A DNA stretch of 59,713 nt from Anaerolineae bacterium. GTDB taxonomy: Bacteria; Chloroflexota; Anaerolineae; 4572-78; JBHHXL01. Below are positions 37,313-46,705 of this stretch, one piece after another. The notes beneath the pieces were generated by a model. The model saw nothing but the letters and a program-made list of their open reading frames with translations, made no database searches and had not been told where the DNA came from. The DNA is taken from contig JBHHXL010000001.1 in NCBI GenBank assembly GCA_046757065.1, forward strand, positions 1 to 59,713. The letters run 5' to 3'. The number at the start of each line of letters is the position of its first letter. The stretch's first letter is position 1. The position numbers and the translations under genes were made by a program.

Positions 37313-37573
37313 ATGGAGCAAGTCGAGTTTATAGAGGAACCTGCCCGGGTGGAAGCGCACCTGGCGGCGGACGGAACCGTCCGGCCCAAAACGATCTTCT
37401 GGCGGGGAAGGCAGCGGGCGGTTACGACCGTCGGGCGGCAGTGGACGGAGGCCGGCGGGCGACGGGTGCTGGTCGAAACCAGCGACGGGTCGCGCCTGGA
37501 GCTAGAGCTGCGCGGTGAGGACCTGAGCTGGTGGGTGCGGCGCTTCTGGCCGGGGCCGGAGGTGGCCTTGTAG
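37313..37573 (+). CDS. Hypothetical small protein
   Basis: 86-aa ORF 10 nt after pncC, followed by a terminator. No recognisable motif. Confidence 0.4.
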   Translation: MEQVEFIEEPARVEAHLAADGTVRPKTIFWRGRQRAVTTVGRQWTEAGGRRVLVETSDGSRLELELRGEDLSWWVRRFWPGPEVAL

Positions 37574-37581
37574 AAAGAGAA

Positions 37582-37614
37582 AGACCCTGAAGGTTTTGAA
37601 GGCCTTCAGGGTCT
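37582..37614. terminator. Hairpin terminator between convergent genes
   Basis: AGACCCTGAAGG / CCTTCAGGGTCT 12-bp stem, between the stops at 37573 (+) and 37622 (-). Confidence 0.6.
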
Positions 37615-37621
37615 GAGGATT

Positions 37622-38755
37622 TTAACCGGGCACATCCCAGGCGATCCGCTGCCCGCCCAACCCACTCCGGGACAGGAAGCGGAACACGCGGTAAATATCG
37701 TCCAGGCTCAGCAGCCCTCGGAAATGCAGGCCGTCGTAGACCAGGGCCACCCGGCTGGATGTCCGGGCCAATGCATCCTGGGCCTCGGACAGCGGGGTTG
37801 TGATCGTCACCCTGGGCACGTTTTGCACCGCGTGCATAATGTCGCTGATGGGGCTGTTCCACTGGCCTTGCTCGATGGCGCGGGCCACGTCCTGGCTCGT
37901 CGCCACCCCCAATAGCTGCCGGCTGTACGGGTCTAGCACGGCAAAATCGGATTGCTGGCCGCCCATCACCATTGAAGCAACCTGGCCTACCGGCGTGCCG
38001 GGCTGCAAGGCGACGGGACGCCCGTTGCGCGGCATCGCCTGCCCCACCTGAACGTTGCGCAGCACGCCGCGCGCGGCCACGGCCTGTCCCTCTTGACCGC
38101 CCGCCGTGAAGATGAACAGGGCGATCAGGGCCAGGAGGAACTGGCCGCTAAAAATCCCGATCAGGCCCAGTCCAATCGCCAGGAACCGGCCCACGGTGAC
38201 GGCGGCCTGGGTGGCCCGCTGGTAATCCACGAAGAAGCCCAAAGCGGCCCGAAAGACGCGCCCGCCGTCCAGCGGAAAGGCCGGAAGCATATTAAAGACG
38301 GCCAGCGAGACATTGGCGCTGAACAGAAAAGCCAGGAAGCCGGTTAAACCGGGCCGGGCGAACAGGCCCAGCGAGAGCGGCGCGCCCTGCAAGACGGTCA
38401 GGCTCAGGATGACCGGCAGCAAAAGCAGGGCCAGGATGACGTTCACCGCCGGGCCGGCCAGGGCCACCACCAGCTCTTGCCGGGGCTTTTCGGGCATCCG
38501 CTCCAGGCGGGCCACGCCGCCGATGGGCAACAGGGTAATATCCTTGACCGGAATACCATACCGCAAGGCGGCCAGGCTGTGCCCCAGCTCGTGCAACAGG
38601 ACCAGCGAAAACAAGCCCAGCGTGACCAGCACGCCGTACAGCGGCCCGGCGCTGCCCCCGTAGTTCAACGCCCCCCAGACCAGAATCAACAAAAAGGTCA
38701 GATGTACCTTGATATCGATGCCAAACACTCGTCCCAATTTAATCGACCAGCTCAT
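37622..38755 (-). CDS. M50-family site-2 protease with a C-terminal CBS pair
   Basis: HELGHSLAA (HExxH) in a TM helix, NMLPAFPLDGGRV, and a C-terminal CBS-like pair. ATG at 38755 (MSWSIKLGRVFGI). Confidence 0.85.
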   Translation of the reverse strand: MSWSIKLGRVFGIDIKVHLTFLLILVWGALNYGGSAGPLYGVLVTLGLFSLVLLHELGHSLAALRYGIPVKDITLLPIGGVARLERMPEKPRQELVVALAGPAVNVILALLLLPVILSLTVLQGAPLSLGLFARPGLTGFLAFLFSANVSLAVFNMLPAFPLDGGRVFRAALGFFVDYQRATQAAVTVGRFLAIGLGLIGIFSGQFLLALIALFIFTAGGQEGQAVAARGVLRNVQVGQAMPRNGRPVALQPGTPVGQVASMVMGGQQSDFAVLDPYSRQLLGVATSQDVARAIEQGQWNSPISDIMHAVQNVPRVTITTPLSEAQDALARTSSRVALVYDGLHFRGLLSLDDIYRVFRFLSRSGLGGQRIAWDVPG

Positions 38756-38861
38756 TAGCTCATCTCCACAATCAATACGAACCGCAACTACAGTTAAGGG
38801 AATTATAGCCGACAATTGTTAGAAACAGCATAGAATTAGATTAAGGCAAGATTAGAGCGCG

Positions 38862-40409
38862 CTAGCGGCTCCAACTGAGTTGCTCATCCCACCAGTTGCG
38901 CTGGCCGTAAGGCTCGCCGGGGGGAGGGGTGAAGACGCCCCCGTCAAAGGCGTAAACCCGACGCCGTTCGCCGCTGGCCAGGTGCAGCAGCCAGATGCCC
39001 CAATTCCCGCCCCGGTTGGACAGGAAAGCCAGCCATTCGCCGTCGGGAGACCAGGTCGGCAGGCCGTCAACCGCCGGGTCGTCGGTCAGGCGGCGGCGAC
39101 CGCTGCCGTCGCTGTTGACCAGGTACAAATCCCAATTGCCACCGGGGTTGGCCATATAGGCGATCTGCCCGCCCCCTGGCGACCAGTCGGGGGCGCGGGC
39201 CAGCGCGTCGGCCTGGAGGACCCTGGCGCTGGCCTGCGCCGTTTGGGCGGAGGGAGGAGAGCCCAGGTCGCTTTGCCACAGCCCGCAGCGATTGCCGGTC
39301 CGGTCGCAGCCCACATAGGCAAAGCGCCGCCCGTCGGGGGCAAAGGTCGGGGCCTGGCCCTCCAGGCCCAGGTCCATCTCCGCCGAGCCATCCCCCCGGC
39401 TGGTGTAGAGCCGCCAGCGGCGGTCGCTCTCCCGCCGGGAGGCGTAGATGAGGCGATCTTCGCCTGCCTGGCCCGGCGACCAGTCGGGTTGGGCGTCCTC
39501 CCAAAAGCCACCGACGATACCGGTTTGCCCCCCCGCCAGATCACCGCTCAACAGGGAGCGGGGGCCGGTTGGCTCGCTCCAGGCCCGGTAGGCCAGTTGC
39601 CGGCCGTCGGCAGCCAGGGCCGGTTCCGAAACGCCGTCCAGCGGAAAAAGGCGGTGGTTCGCGCCATCGGCGCTGATCAGGTGGATTTCGTAGACCTGGC
39701 GCTGCGGGGCCGGGTTGAAAAAGGAGAAGGCGATGGTCCCTTCAGGCGACACCCCGGCAGGAGCGGTCGTTGCCGGCGCGGGCGAGGGTGATGGGAGCGG
39801 CAGAGGCGCTGTCGCGGTGGGCGTCGCCGTTGCGGGCCTCGCCGTCAAGGTGGGGTTGGGGAGAACTGCCGGCCCGGTCGGTTCGGGCGCAAGCGCGGGG
39901 GGGGAGGCGGTCGCCGGGGCCGGTCCGGGCGTCGAGGTCATAGTCGCCGTCGCCGGGGGAAGGGCTGTAGCGCTCGCGACCAGCCCGGCCCCGGCCCGGT
40001 TGCTGCCCGGTGGAGTTGCGCTCGCGCTCAGGCTCGGGCTTCCCGGCAACCGGCCCCGCACCACGACGAAGACGCCGGCCACCAGAAGCAGGATCGCGGC
40101 CAAGGCGCCGGCGTTGCCCAGCCAGCGGTTCAGAGCGGTCCGGGCCAGGGAGGGCCGCCGCCCGGTTCGAACCTGCTCCCGGCGCAAAGCCTGCCCGACG
40201 CGATGGCGCAGGGCGGGCGGCGGGTCGGGTTGCCCCAGGGCCGTTTTCAAAACCGGGCCCAATTCAGCCTCGACCTGCCGGGCCTCCGCCAGGCGGTGGG
40301 CGCAGGCAGGGCAGTCCTGCGCGTGCGCTTCAACCCACCGTCGTTCTTCAGCAGACAGGGTTCGATCAAGATAGGCTTCGACCTGCCAGGTCAAATGCTC
40401 AGGGGGCAT
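38862..40409 (-). CDS. Anti-sigma factor (zf-HC2) with a TM helix, PT-rich linker and an extracytoplasmic TolB-like PD40 beta-propeller
   Basis: HAQDCPACAHRL zinc-finger motif, TM ALAAILLLVAGVFVVV, and repeated DWSP(D/G)G..(I/L)A(F/Y) PD40 motifs. ATG at 40409 overlaps the sigma gene by 11 nt. Confidence 0.75.
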   Translation of the reverse strand: MPPEHLTWQVEAYLDRTLSAEERRWVEAHAQDCPACAHRLAEARQVEAELGPVLKTALGQPDPPPALRHRVGQALRREQVRTGRRPSLARTALNRWLGNAGALAAILLLVAGVFVVVRGRLPGSPSLSASATPPGSNRAGAGLVASATALPPATATMTSTPGPAPATASPPALAPEPTGPAVLPNPTLTARPATATPTATAPLPLPSPSPAPATTAPAGVSPEGTIAFSFFNPAPQRQVYEIHLISADGANHRLFPLDGVSEPALAADGRQLAYRAWSEPTGPRSLLSGDLAGGQTGIVGGFWEDAQPDWSPGQAGEDRLIYASRRESDRRWRLYTSRGDGSAEMDLGLEGQAPTFAPDGRRFAYVGCDRTGNRCGLWQSDLGSPPSAQTAQASARVLQADALARAPDWSPGGGQIAYMANPGGNWDLYLVNSDGSGRRRLTDDPAVDGLPTWSPDGEWLAFLSNRGGNWGIWLLHLASGERRRVYAFDGGVFTPPPGEPYGQRNWWDEQLSWSR

Positions 40410-40989
40410 TTTGGGCCTCGGGCGTATGTGGCACCAACCCGCGCCGGGCCAGCGTGTCGGCCAGACGGCGGCGGGCGTTGTGCAGACGGGAATAGACCGT
40501 TCCCACGGGACAATCCAGCAGCGCGGCGATCTCCACCGCCGGGATTTCCAGGTAGTAATGCAAAACGACAACCTCCCTCAGCGGCTCGCTTAAGCCCTGG
40601 ACGGCTTCCCACAAACTGAGGCGATACTCGTTGCGCAGAAAGGCGGTTTCCGGGCCGGGCCGGGCGCTCGAAACGGCAGCTCCGGCCTCTGAGCGGCTTA
40701 GCCAGGGCCAGGGTATGGTTAGCAGGCGTTTACGGCGCAACTGGCTGCGGCAATAATTTAAGGCGATCTGGTACAGCCACGTCCCGAAGCTGGCCTGCCG
40801 GGGGTCGAAGCGGCGCCGCGCTCTATAGGCCCGCAGAAACGTTTCCTGGACCACATCTTCCGCCGCTTGCGGCTGCCGCAGCATAGACCAACCCAGGCGG
40901 TAGATGGCCGCTGCGTGCCGCTGGTACAATTCATCAAAGGCGTCGGTTTCGCCATCTCGCCAGCGCTGGATCAGGGTTTCTTCAGCCAC
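40399..40989 (-). CDS. ECF-type RNA polymerase sigma factor
   Basis: Region 2 (DVVQETFLRAY..) and region 4 (IPAVEIAALLDCPVGTVYSRLHNARRRL). Confidence 0.88.
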   Translation of the reverse strand: MAEETLIQRWRDGETDAFDELYQRHAAAIYRLGWSMLRQPQAAEDVVQETFLRAYRARRRFDPRQASFGTWLYQIALNYCRSQLRRKRLLTIPWPWLSRSEAGAAVSSARPGPETAFLRNEYRLSLWEAVQGLSEPLREVVVLHYYLEIPAVEIAALLDCPVGTVYSRLHNARRRLADTLARRGLVPHTPEAQNAP

Positions 40990-41010
40990 ACTCTTCCCCA
41001 GAAGCTCTGC

Positions 41011-41175
41011 CTGGTTAGTAACTATTCAGCCGCCTGGCAAAAACAGGTGACCGGCACTCCCGTAGGGGTTAGGCGCTTCAAGGGTAAGATTCGCCCATAA
41101 TCTTGACAGTTTTGCCGCAAAAAGTGGCCTTTTTAAGTGCCGGTCACCTATAGCCTGAATAGTCACCCTGGTTAC
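41011..41175. repeat. Imperfect inverted repeat pair flanking ~77 nt
   Basis: AGGTGACCGGCACT (41045-41058) pairs with AGTGCCGGTCACCT (41136-41149), perfect over 14 nt. GTAACTATTCAGCC pairs with AGCCTGAATAGTCAC further out. Confidence 0.6.
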
Positions 41176-41255
41176 TTGATTGTACGCCGCAGTGGGTTAA
41201 ATCCTTCAAGTACAGACATTATGCCCTAACAACACCGGCAGCGCAACCGATTAGA

Positions 41256-41283
41256 TTGACACTTTGCCAAAATGGTTTATACT
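41256..41283 (+). promoter_or_regulatory. Candidate promoter for the CBS-domain gene
   Basis: TTGACA-(16 nt)-TATACT. The predicted transcript starts inside repeat copy B. Confidence 0.45.
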
Positions 41284-41352
41284 TAGTAACTGTCCGTAGG
41301 TAGCTTTTCACTTTTTCCCAAAAAATGACGGGTTATTTCTGGACAACCGCTT
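41282..41352. repeat. Copy B of the hairpin repeat family (inverted relative to copy A)
   Basis: TTAGTAACTGTCCGTAGGTAGC...TTATTTCTGGACAACCGCT. About 12 nt shorter than copies A and C. Confidence 0.7.
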
Positions 41353-41430
41353 ACCATCACCTCGATCTCCATACCAGATGCAACGTTCTTTCACTGTCCT
41401 AATTAGACACCCCGGAAAGGATGTTGAAAA

Positions 41431-41871
41431 ATGAAAGTCCAAGGTGTTTTAGCCACCAAGGCTATGGGCCCAGGGGTCATTACCGTTCGGCCCGAACAAC
41501 CTGTCAGGGAAGCCGTCGCCCTTTTATCCGAACACAATATCGGGGCGCTGGTTGCCGTTGACGAATTTGAGCATCCTGTGGGCATCGTCTCCGAGCGAGA
41601 CATCGTGCGCGAGGCGGCCAGCAACGAGCAGGTGTTCGCAGCTCCCGTCAGCAAGATCATGACCCGCAATGTCATCACCGGTTTGTGCCAGGATGATCTG
41701 AAATCGGTGGCCGACACTATGACCGAGCGCCGCATCCGCCACCTGCCGGTCTTGGATGAAGGCAAACTGGTGGGCATGATATCCATCGGCGACGTGCTCA
41801 AGGCCCAGCGCGACGCCTACGCGGGTGAGGTGGACACGCTCCAGACCCAGATTTTGGCCGAAGGAGGCTGA
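41431..41871 (+). CDS. CBS-pair domain protein
   Basis: 146 aa with two CBS motifs (..HNIGALVAVDEFEHPVGIVSERDIV.. and ..RRIRHLPVLDEGKLVGMISIGDVL..). Confidence 0.85.
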   Translation: MKVQGVLATKAMGPGVITVRPEQPVREAVALLSEHNIGALVAVDEFEHPVGIVSERDIVREAASNEQVFAAPVSKIMTRNVITGLCQDDLKSVADTMTERRIRHLPVLDEGKLVGMISIGDVLKAQRDAYAGEVDTLQTQILAEGG

Positions 41872-42010
41872 CAAACTACCCGGCTAAACGCGCATCACCG
41901 TATGTGGGGGGATAGTGGAGCTTGGCGGCGTGCCGGCGGGCATCCAGCGACGTTGGACCCCGGAGGGTACGCCCGGCATTAACTTCTAGCAACCGACAAA
42001 GGAGCATCTC

Positions 42011-43411
42011 ATGGCAAAACTCGGCACCGAATCCAACCCCCTCCGCGTAGCGATTATTGGCTCGGGCCCCACCGGGTTCTACACAGCCGAACACCTGTTC
42101 AAGCAGAAAGACCTCATCGTCGAAATCGATATGTACGACCGCTTGCCGACGCCGTTTGGCCTGGTCCGGGGCGGGGTCGCGCCCGATCATCCCAAAATCA
42201 AGTCGGTCACCGCCGTTTACCACCGAACGGCTCAGAACCCCCGCTTCCGCTTCTACGGCTACGTTGAATTCGGCCAGGATGTCCATCTGGAAGACCTGCG
42301 GGCGCATTACCACCAGATCGTCTACACCACCGGGGCGCAGACCGACCGGCGTATGGGCATCCCCGGCGAGGACTTGCAGGGCAGCCATCCGGCCACCGAA
42401 TTCGTGGCCTGGTACAACGGCCATCCCGATTTCCGCGATCTCCAGTTCGACCTCTCGCAGGAGCGGGCGGCGGTGGTCGGCATCGGCAACGTGGCGATGG
42501 ACGTGGCCCGCATCCTGTGCCGCACGCCGGAGGAGCTGGCGAAAACCGACATCGCCGATTACGCTCTGGAAGCCCTCAGCCGGAGCAAGGTCAAAGAGGT
42601 AGTGGTGCTGGGCCGGCGCGGTCCGGCCCAGGCCGCTTTCACCAACCCCGAAATCAAGGAGATGGGCGAGCTGGCCGACGCCGACGTCTTCACCCTGCCG
42701 GAAGAGGTGGAACTGGACGAACTGAGCCGGGCCGCCCTCGAAAGCAACCCGGACCGGGCCACCCAGAAAAAGGTGGGGATTTTACAAAGCTACGCCCGCA
42801 ACAAGCCCAGCGGCAAATCGCGCAAGCTGACCATCCGCTTCCTCGTTTCGCCGGTCGAACTCATCGGCGATGAGGCAGGCCGCGTGGTCGGGATGCGTCT
42901 GGTCAGAAACGTCCTCTACGCCACCGAGGCCGGGACGCTGCGCCCCAAACACACCGACCAGTTTGAGGAGCATCCGGTGGGCCTGGTGTTCCGCTCGGTT
43001 GGCTACCGGGGGGTGCCGCTGCCGGGAGTCCCCTTCCACGAAAGTTGGGGGGTCATTCTGAACGAAAAGGGCCGGGTCATCGACCCGGAGAGCCAAAGCC
43101 CGGTGACCGGTGAATACACCGCCGGCTGGATCAAACGCGGGCCGAGCGGCGTCATCGGCACCAACAAGCCCGACGCGCTGGAAACGGTCAACTGTATGCT
43201 GGAGGACCTGGCCGCCGGCCAAACCCTGAATCCGGCCCACCCGGAAATCGAGGCCGCTGAAAAACTGGTCCGCCAGCGCCAACCGAACTACATCTCCTAC
43301 CAGGACTGGCTGCGCCTCGACGAGCTGGAGGTGGCCCGGGGCCAGGAGTTGGGCCGGCCCCGGCTCAAGTTCACCCGCATCGAGGATATGCTGGCCGCCC
43401 TGGGCCGCTAG
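42011..43411 (+). CDS. FprA/adrenodoxin-reductase-type NADPH:ferredoxin oxidoreductase
   Basis: VAIIGSGPTGFYTA FAD motif, second dinucleotide motif AAVVGIGNVAMDVARIL, C-terminal GWIKRGPSGVIGTNK. Confidence 0.85.
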   Translation: MAKLGTESNPLRVAIIGSGPTGFYTAEHLFKQKDLIVEIDMYDRLPTPFGLVRGGVAPDHPKIKSVTAVYHRTAQNPRFRFYGYVEFGQDVHLEDLRAHYHQIVYTTGAQTDRRMGIPGEDLQGSHPATEFVAWYNGHPDFRDLQFDLSQERAAVVGIGNVAMDVARILCRTPEELAKTDIADYALEALSRSKVKEVVVLGRRGPAQAAFTNPEIKEMGELADADVFTLPEEVELDELSRAALESNPDRATQKKVGILQSYARNKPSGKSRKLTIRFLVSPVELIGDEAGRVVGMRLVRNVLYATEAGTLRPKHTDQFEEHPVGLVFRSVGYRGVPLPGVPFHESWGVILNEKGRVIDPESQSPVTGEYTAGWIKRGPSGVIGTNKPDALETVNCMLEDLAAGQTLNPAHPEIEAAEKLVRQRQPNYISYQDWLRLDELEVARGQELGRPRLKFTRIEDMLAALGR

Positions 43412-43413
43412 CG

Positions 43414-44280
43414 ATGCCGTCGATCCTGGTCACCGGCGCGGCGGGCAAGACCGGCCAGGCCGTGGTCCGCGCCCTGGCCCGGCGGGAGGCGGCGGTTCGG
43501 GCCCTGGTTCGGCGCCCAGAGCAGGCGGGGTCGCTGCAAGCCTTGGGGGTGCAAGAGGTGGTGGTCGGGGATATGCGCGACCCGGTGGACCTGGCTCAAG
43601 CGGCCAGGGGAGTGCGGGCCATCTACCACATTTGCCCCAATATGCACCCCGACGAGGTGGCTATCGGCCAGGCGGCGATGGCCGCCGCGCGCCAGGCCGG
43701 TGGAGCCCATTTCGTCTACCACTCCGTGCTGCACCCTCAAACGGAAACGATGCCCCACCACTGGCAAAAGCTGCGCGTCGAGGAGCGCCTCTTCGAGTCC
43801 GGCCTGCCTTACACCATCCTGCAACCGGCGGCCTATATGCAAAATGTGCTGGCCGGCTGGCAGCAAATCGTTGAGGCGGGCCGCTACCGGCTGCCCTACG
43901 CCGTCGAAACCCGGCTGGGGATGGTCGATCTGGAGGACGTGGCCGCCGCCGCTGCCCTCGTTTTGACCCAGGCCGGGCACGAGGGGGCCATCTACGAGCT
44001 GGCCGGCCCCGAGGCTCTGACCCAAACCGAGGTCGCCGCCATCCTCAGCCGGCATCTGGGCCGCCCCATCCGGGCCGAGACCGTGGCCCGCCAGGTCTGG
44101 GAGCAGGACGCGCGCCAGGCGGGTCTGGGCGATTACGCGGTCGAAACGCTGCTCAAGATGTTCGATTATTACGAGCGGCACGGGTTTTGGGGAAACCCCA
44201 ACGTCTTGCACTGGCTGCTGGGTCGCCCGCCGACGACATTCGCCGCCTTCGTCAGGCGCGTGGCGGGCGGTTCCTCTTAG
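43414..44280 (+). CDS. NmrA-like/atypical SDR NAD(P)-binding protein
   Basis: ILVTGAAGKTGQAVVRAL Rossmann motif. 288 aa. Confidence 0.8.
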   Translation: MPSILVTGAAGKTGQAVVRALARREAAVRALVRRPEQAGSLQALGVQEVVVGDMRDPVDLAQAARGVRAIYHICPNMHPDEVAIGQAAMAAARQAGGAHFVYHSVLHPQTETMPHHWQKLRVEERLFESGLPYTILQPAAYMQNVLAGWQQIVEAGRYRLPYAVETRLGMVDLEDVAAAAALVLTQAGHEGAIYELAGPEALTQTEVAAILSRHLGRPIRAETVARQVWEQDARQAGLGDYAVETLLKMFDYYERHGFWGNPNVLHWLLGRPPTTFAAFVRRVAGGSS

Positions 44281-44380
44281 AGCCTATCCGAATAACCCCG
44301 GAGTGCGGGCTTTAGCCCGTTTCAAAGAAGGCAGACTGAAGTCTGCACTCCGATTTCTCGGATGGGCGCTTAATAAGAGA

Positions 44381-44410
44381 TTGAACCCAATTGCGAGCCT
44401 GGTGTATAAT
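44381..44410 (+). promoter_or_regulatory. Candidate promoter of the CHAT / caspase-TIR operon
   Basis: TTGAAC-(18 nt)-TATAAT. The -35 lies inside GAGATTGAACCCAAT, a half-site-like copy of the 44-nt palindromic repeat. Confidence 0.45.
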
Positions 44411-44445
44411 AGTTCCGCAATGACTGGAGCAGGTCATTTCAACTC

Positions 44446-44529
44446 GACGAAGGACGATGGACCGCGAAGCGTGACCAACATTCTATCAAAGGACCCGATT
44501 TTCGTCATTTGTCCTTCGTCTTTCGTCAC
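44446..44529. repeat. GACGAA-type hairpin element, left copy
   Basis: GACGAAGGAC (44447-44456) pairs with GTCCTTCGTC (44511-44520). The tail TTCGTCATTTGTCCTTCGTCTTTCGTC is homologous to 48766-48792. Confidence 0.65.
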
Positions 44530-44581
44530 GCCGCAGACCAGGCCGCAGGCCACCGTCAAGCTCCGGCAGAAGGAGGAGGCT

Positions 44582-46690
44582 ATGCCCATCGCTCCAGGCG
44601 ATCTGAACCGGGATTTCGAAGAGTTTGACGAGCACCTCCCCCTGCAACAGGCCCTCGACCAAATTAACGCCGGCCCAAGCAGCCCGGCCTACCTCGTCGT
44701 CAGGTTTGCCGGCGGCCGGTTTGCGATCCTGAGCCGGCGCGAGCTGACCCAGGCCCTGGCTGCCCTGCCGGCGCGGGACAGAGCTTCCGCGCTCAAAGCC
44801 AGGCTGGGCGACCTGTTTGCGGGCCTGGCCGCAGCGCCCATCGAGCAGGCGAGCATAGACCCCTTTTTCGATCTGAACTACGCCCTGCTTCAAGCCCCCG
44901 ACGGGCGGCGGGTCGTCGTGGACGGGGGCGGTCAGGTGGCCGGCATCCTGACCGAAGCGCCGGCGACGTTTCGCGGCATCGACGACGCCTGGGCCAAGGG
45001 CGGGCTGACCCTGCGCGGCGAGCCGGAACCGGAGGCGGAGGCAGCGGCTGAAGCGGAAAGCCGCTGGATCAACGTCGAGCTTCGGGATGAGGCGATGCAA
45101 ACGGTCGATCCCCGGACGAAGCCCCTGCAACCCGGCCAGACCTACAACCTCAGCTTCGATGTGGACGTCGAGGCCCGCGCCCGGTCGCTGCTGGAGAACG
45201 CCCTCTTTGAATACAGGTTCCGGGAGGGGGAGGCGGAAGTGGACATCACCATCCGCCTGGAGAGCAGCGATTTCGAGATTTTGACCGAGCCGCAAAAACT
45301 GCGCGTACCCCGCAACGGCAAATCGAAGAACAAAGCCCGGTTCGATGTTGTGCCGCGCAAGGAAGGTCCGGCGGTGATCAACGCCGTGCTGCTCAAGGAC
45401 GGCAATTTCGTGCAACTGCTGACGCTGAAGTTCACCGTCGTCGAGGGGGAGATGTTCGCTCAGGAGGCGCTGGGCCGCCCGGTGGAAGCGGCCTTTTTGA
45501 TCCGGCCCCGCAACCTGAACCTGACCATCCTGCACAACGGGGCGGCCTTCCAGCTCATTATGTCCGGCGCGGTTGCGGCCACGGCCACGTTGCCCATCAG
45601 CCGGGATTACCTCAGGGCCAAAATCAATCAGGCGCGGCAGGTGCTGCAAAAGGACGTGGTCTATATGCGGGACTCGGCGGGGACGCTGATTTACCAGGCG
45701 GGGATAGACATTCCCCCGGAAGCCAACCGGGAGGCGTTGCGCCGCCTGGCGGATGTGGGCTACGGCCTCTACACCGACATCTTCTACGGCCCGGACGCCG
45801 GCGCGCAGGCCAATCTCCTGGGCGACCGGCTGCGCCAGATGGCTAAGGAGGACCGGCTGAAGATACAAATCTTCTCCCAACACTTCAACCTGCCCTGGGG
45901 CCTGCTCTACATGGCCGACGAGGACGAATACGACCCGGATCACATCCGGCCGGAGCTGTTCCTGGGCCTGAAGCACATCATCGAACACATCCCGCTCCAG
46001 CCGAGCATGCAGGTCACGGATCGCCGCATCGACAGCGTCTCGGGTCTGGCCGTCAGCCTCAACGTCAACACCGACATCGACCAGCAAACGAATTACCCCC
46101 TCATCGCCAACCAGGTGGAGTATTGGGATAAAATCAAGGAAATCGGGGGCGCTCAGGTGGTCCTTCGCAAGACGCCCGACGACGTCTTGCAGGCGCTCAA
46201 AAGCGCCGACACGTCGGACCAACTCCTCTACTTCTACTGCCACGCCGTATCCAGGGACCTTGAGGAAGAAGGCGGGGTCGAAGAGTCATTCTTGAAGATG
46301 ACCGGCGGCGGGCGGTTGACGCTCAAAGACCTGAAACGGTTCGCTTCGGCCCGCAAGCCCCTGCCCGGCGAGCCGCTGGTCTTCATCAACGCCTGCGAGT
46401 CCGCCGAGCTGTCGCCCCTGTTTTACGACGGCTTCGTGCCCTATTTTATGCAGAAAGGGGCGCGGGGCGTGATCGGCACCGAATGTGAAACGCCGGCCCT
46501 GTTCGCCCTGGAGTGGGCCAATCGTTTCTTCGACCGGTTTTTGAGCGGCGAGCCGCTGGGCCAGATTTTCCTGGAACTGCGCCAGGAGTTTTACCAACGG
46601 CACAACAACTTGCTGGGCCTGCTCTACGCCCTGTACGTCGATGGCGACACGCAGGTTGTGCCCGGCCTGCGGCTGCCCGACGCGGGTTAA
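44582..46690 (+). CDS. CHAT-domain (caspase-fold) protease with a large uncharacterised N-terminal region
   Basis: AAGGAGGAGG RBS. C-terminal His/Cys dyad context LLYFYCHAVS ... LVFINACESAE ... GARGVIG. N-terminus has two CBS-like stretches and a beta-rich segment. The track start at 44303 is rejected. Confidence 0.72.
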   Translation: MPIAPGDLNRDFEEFDEHLPLQQALDQINAGPSSPAYLVVRFAGGRFAILSRRELTQALAALPARDRASALKARLGDLFAGLAAAPIEQASIDPFFDLNYALLQAPDGRRVVVDGGGQVAGILTEAPATFRGIDDAWAKGGLTLRGEPEPEAEAAAEAESRWINVELRDEAMQTVDPRTKPLQPGQTYNLSFDVDVEARARSLLENALFEYRFREGEAEVDITIRLESSDFEILTEPQKLRVPRNGKSKNKARFDVVPRKEGPAVINAVLLKDGNFVQLLTLKFTVVEGEMFAQEALGRPVEAAFLIRPRNLNLTILHNGAAFQLIMSGAVAATATLPISRDYLRAKINQARQVLQKDVVYMRDSAGTLIYQAGIDIPPEANREALRRLADVGYGLYTDIFYGPDAGAQANLLGDRLRQMAKEDRLKIQIFSQHFNLPWGLLYMADEDEYDPDHIRPELFLGLKHIIEHIPLQPSMQVTDRRIDSVSGLAVSLNVNTDIDQQTNYPLIANQVEYWDKIKEIGGAQVVLRKTPDDVLQALKSADTSDQLLYFYCHAVSRDLEEEGGVEESFLKMTGGGRLTLKDLKRFASARKPLPGEPLVFINACESAELSPLFYDGFVPYFMQKGARGVIGTECETPALFALEWANRFFDRFLSGEPLGQIFLELRQEFYQRHNNLLGLLYALYVDGDTQVVPGLRLPDAG

Positions 46691-46705
46691 GCAAGGAGGG
46701 AACTT

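Noticed and set aside
44303-44581. N-terminal extension of the CHAT ORF back to 44303 (795-aa version)
   Set aside because: The extension runs through a promoter-like TTGAAC-N18-TATAAT and the hairpin repeat, and has an odd composition. A strong AAGGAGGAGG RBS precedes the ATG at 44582.
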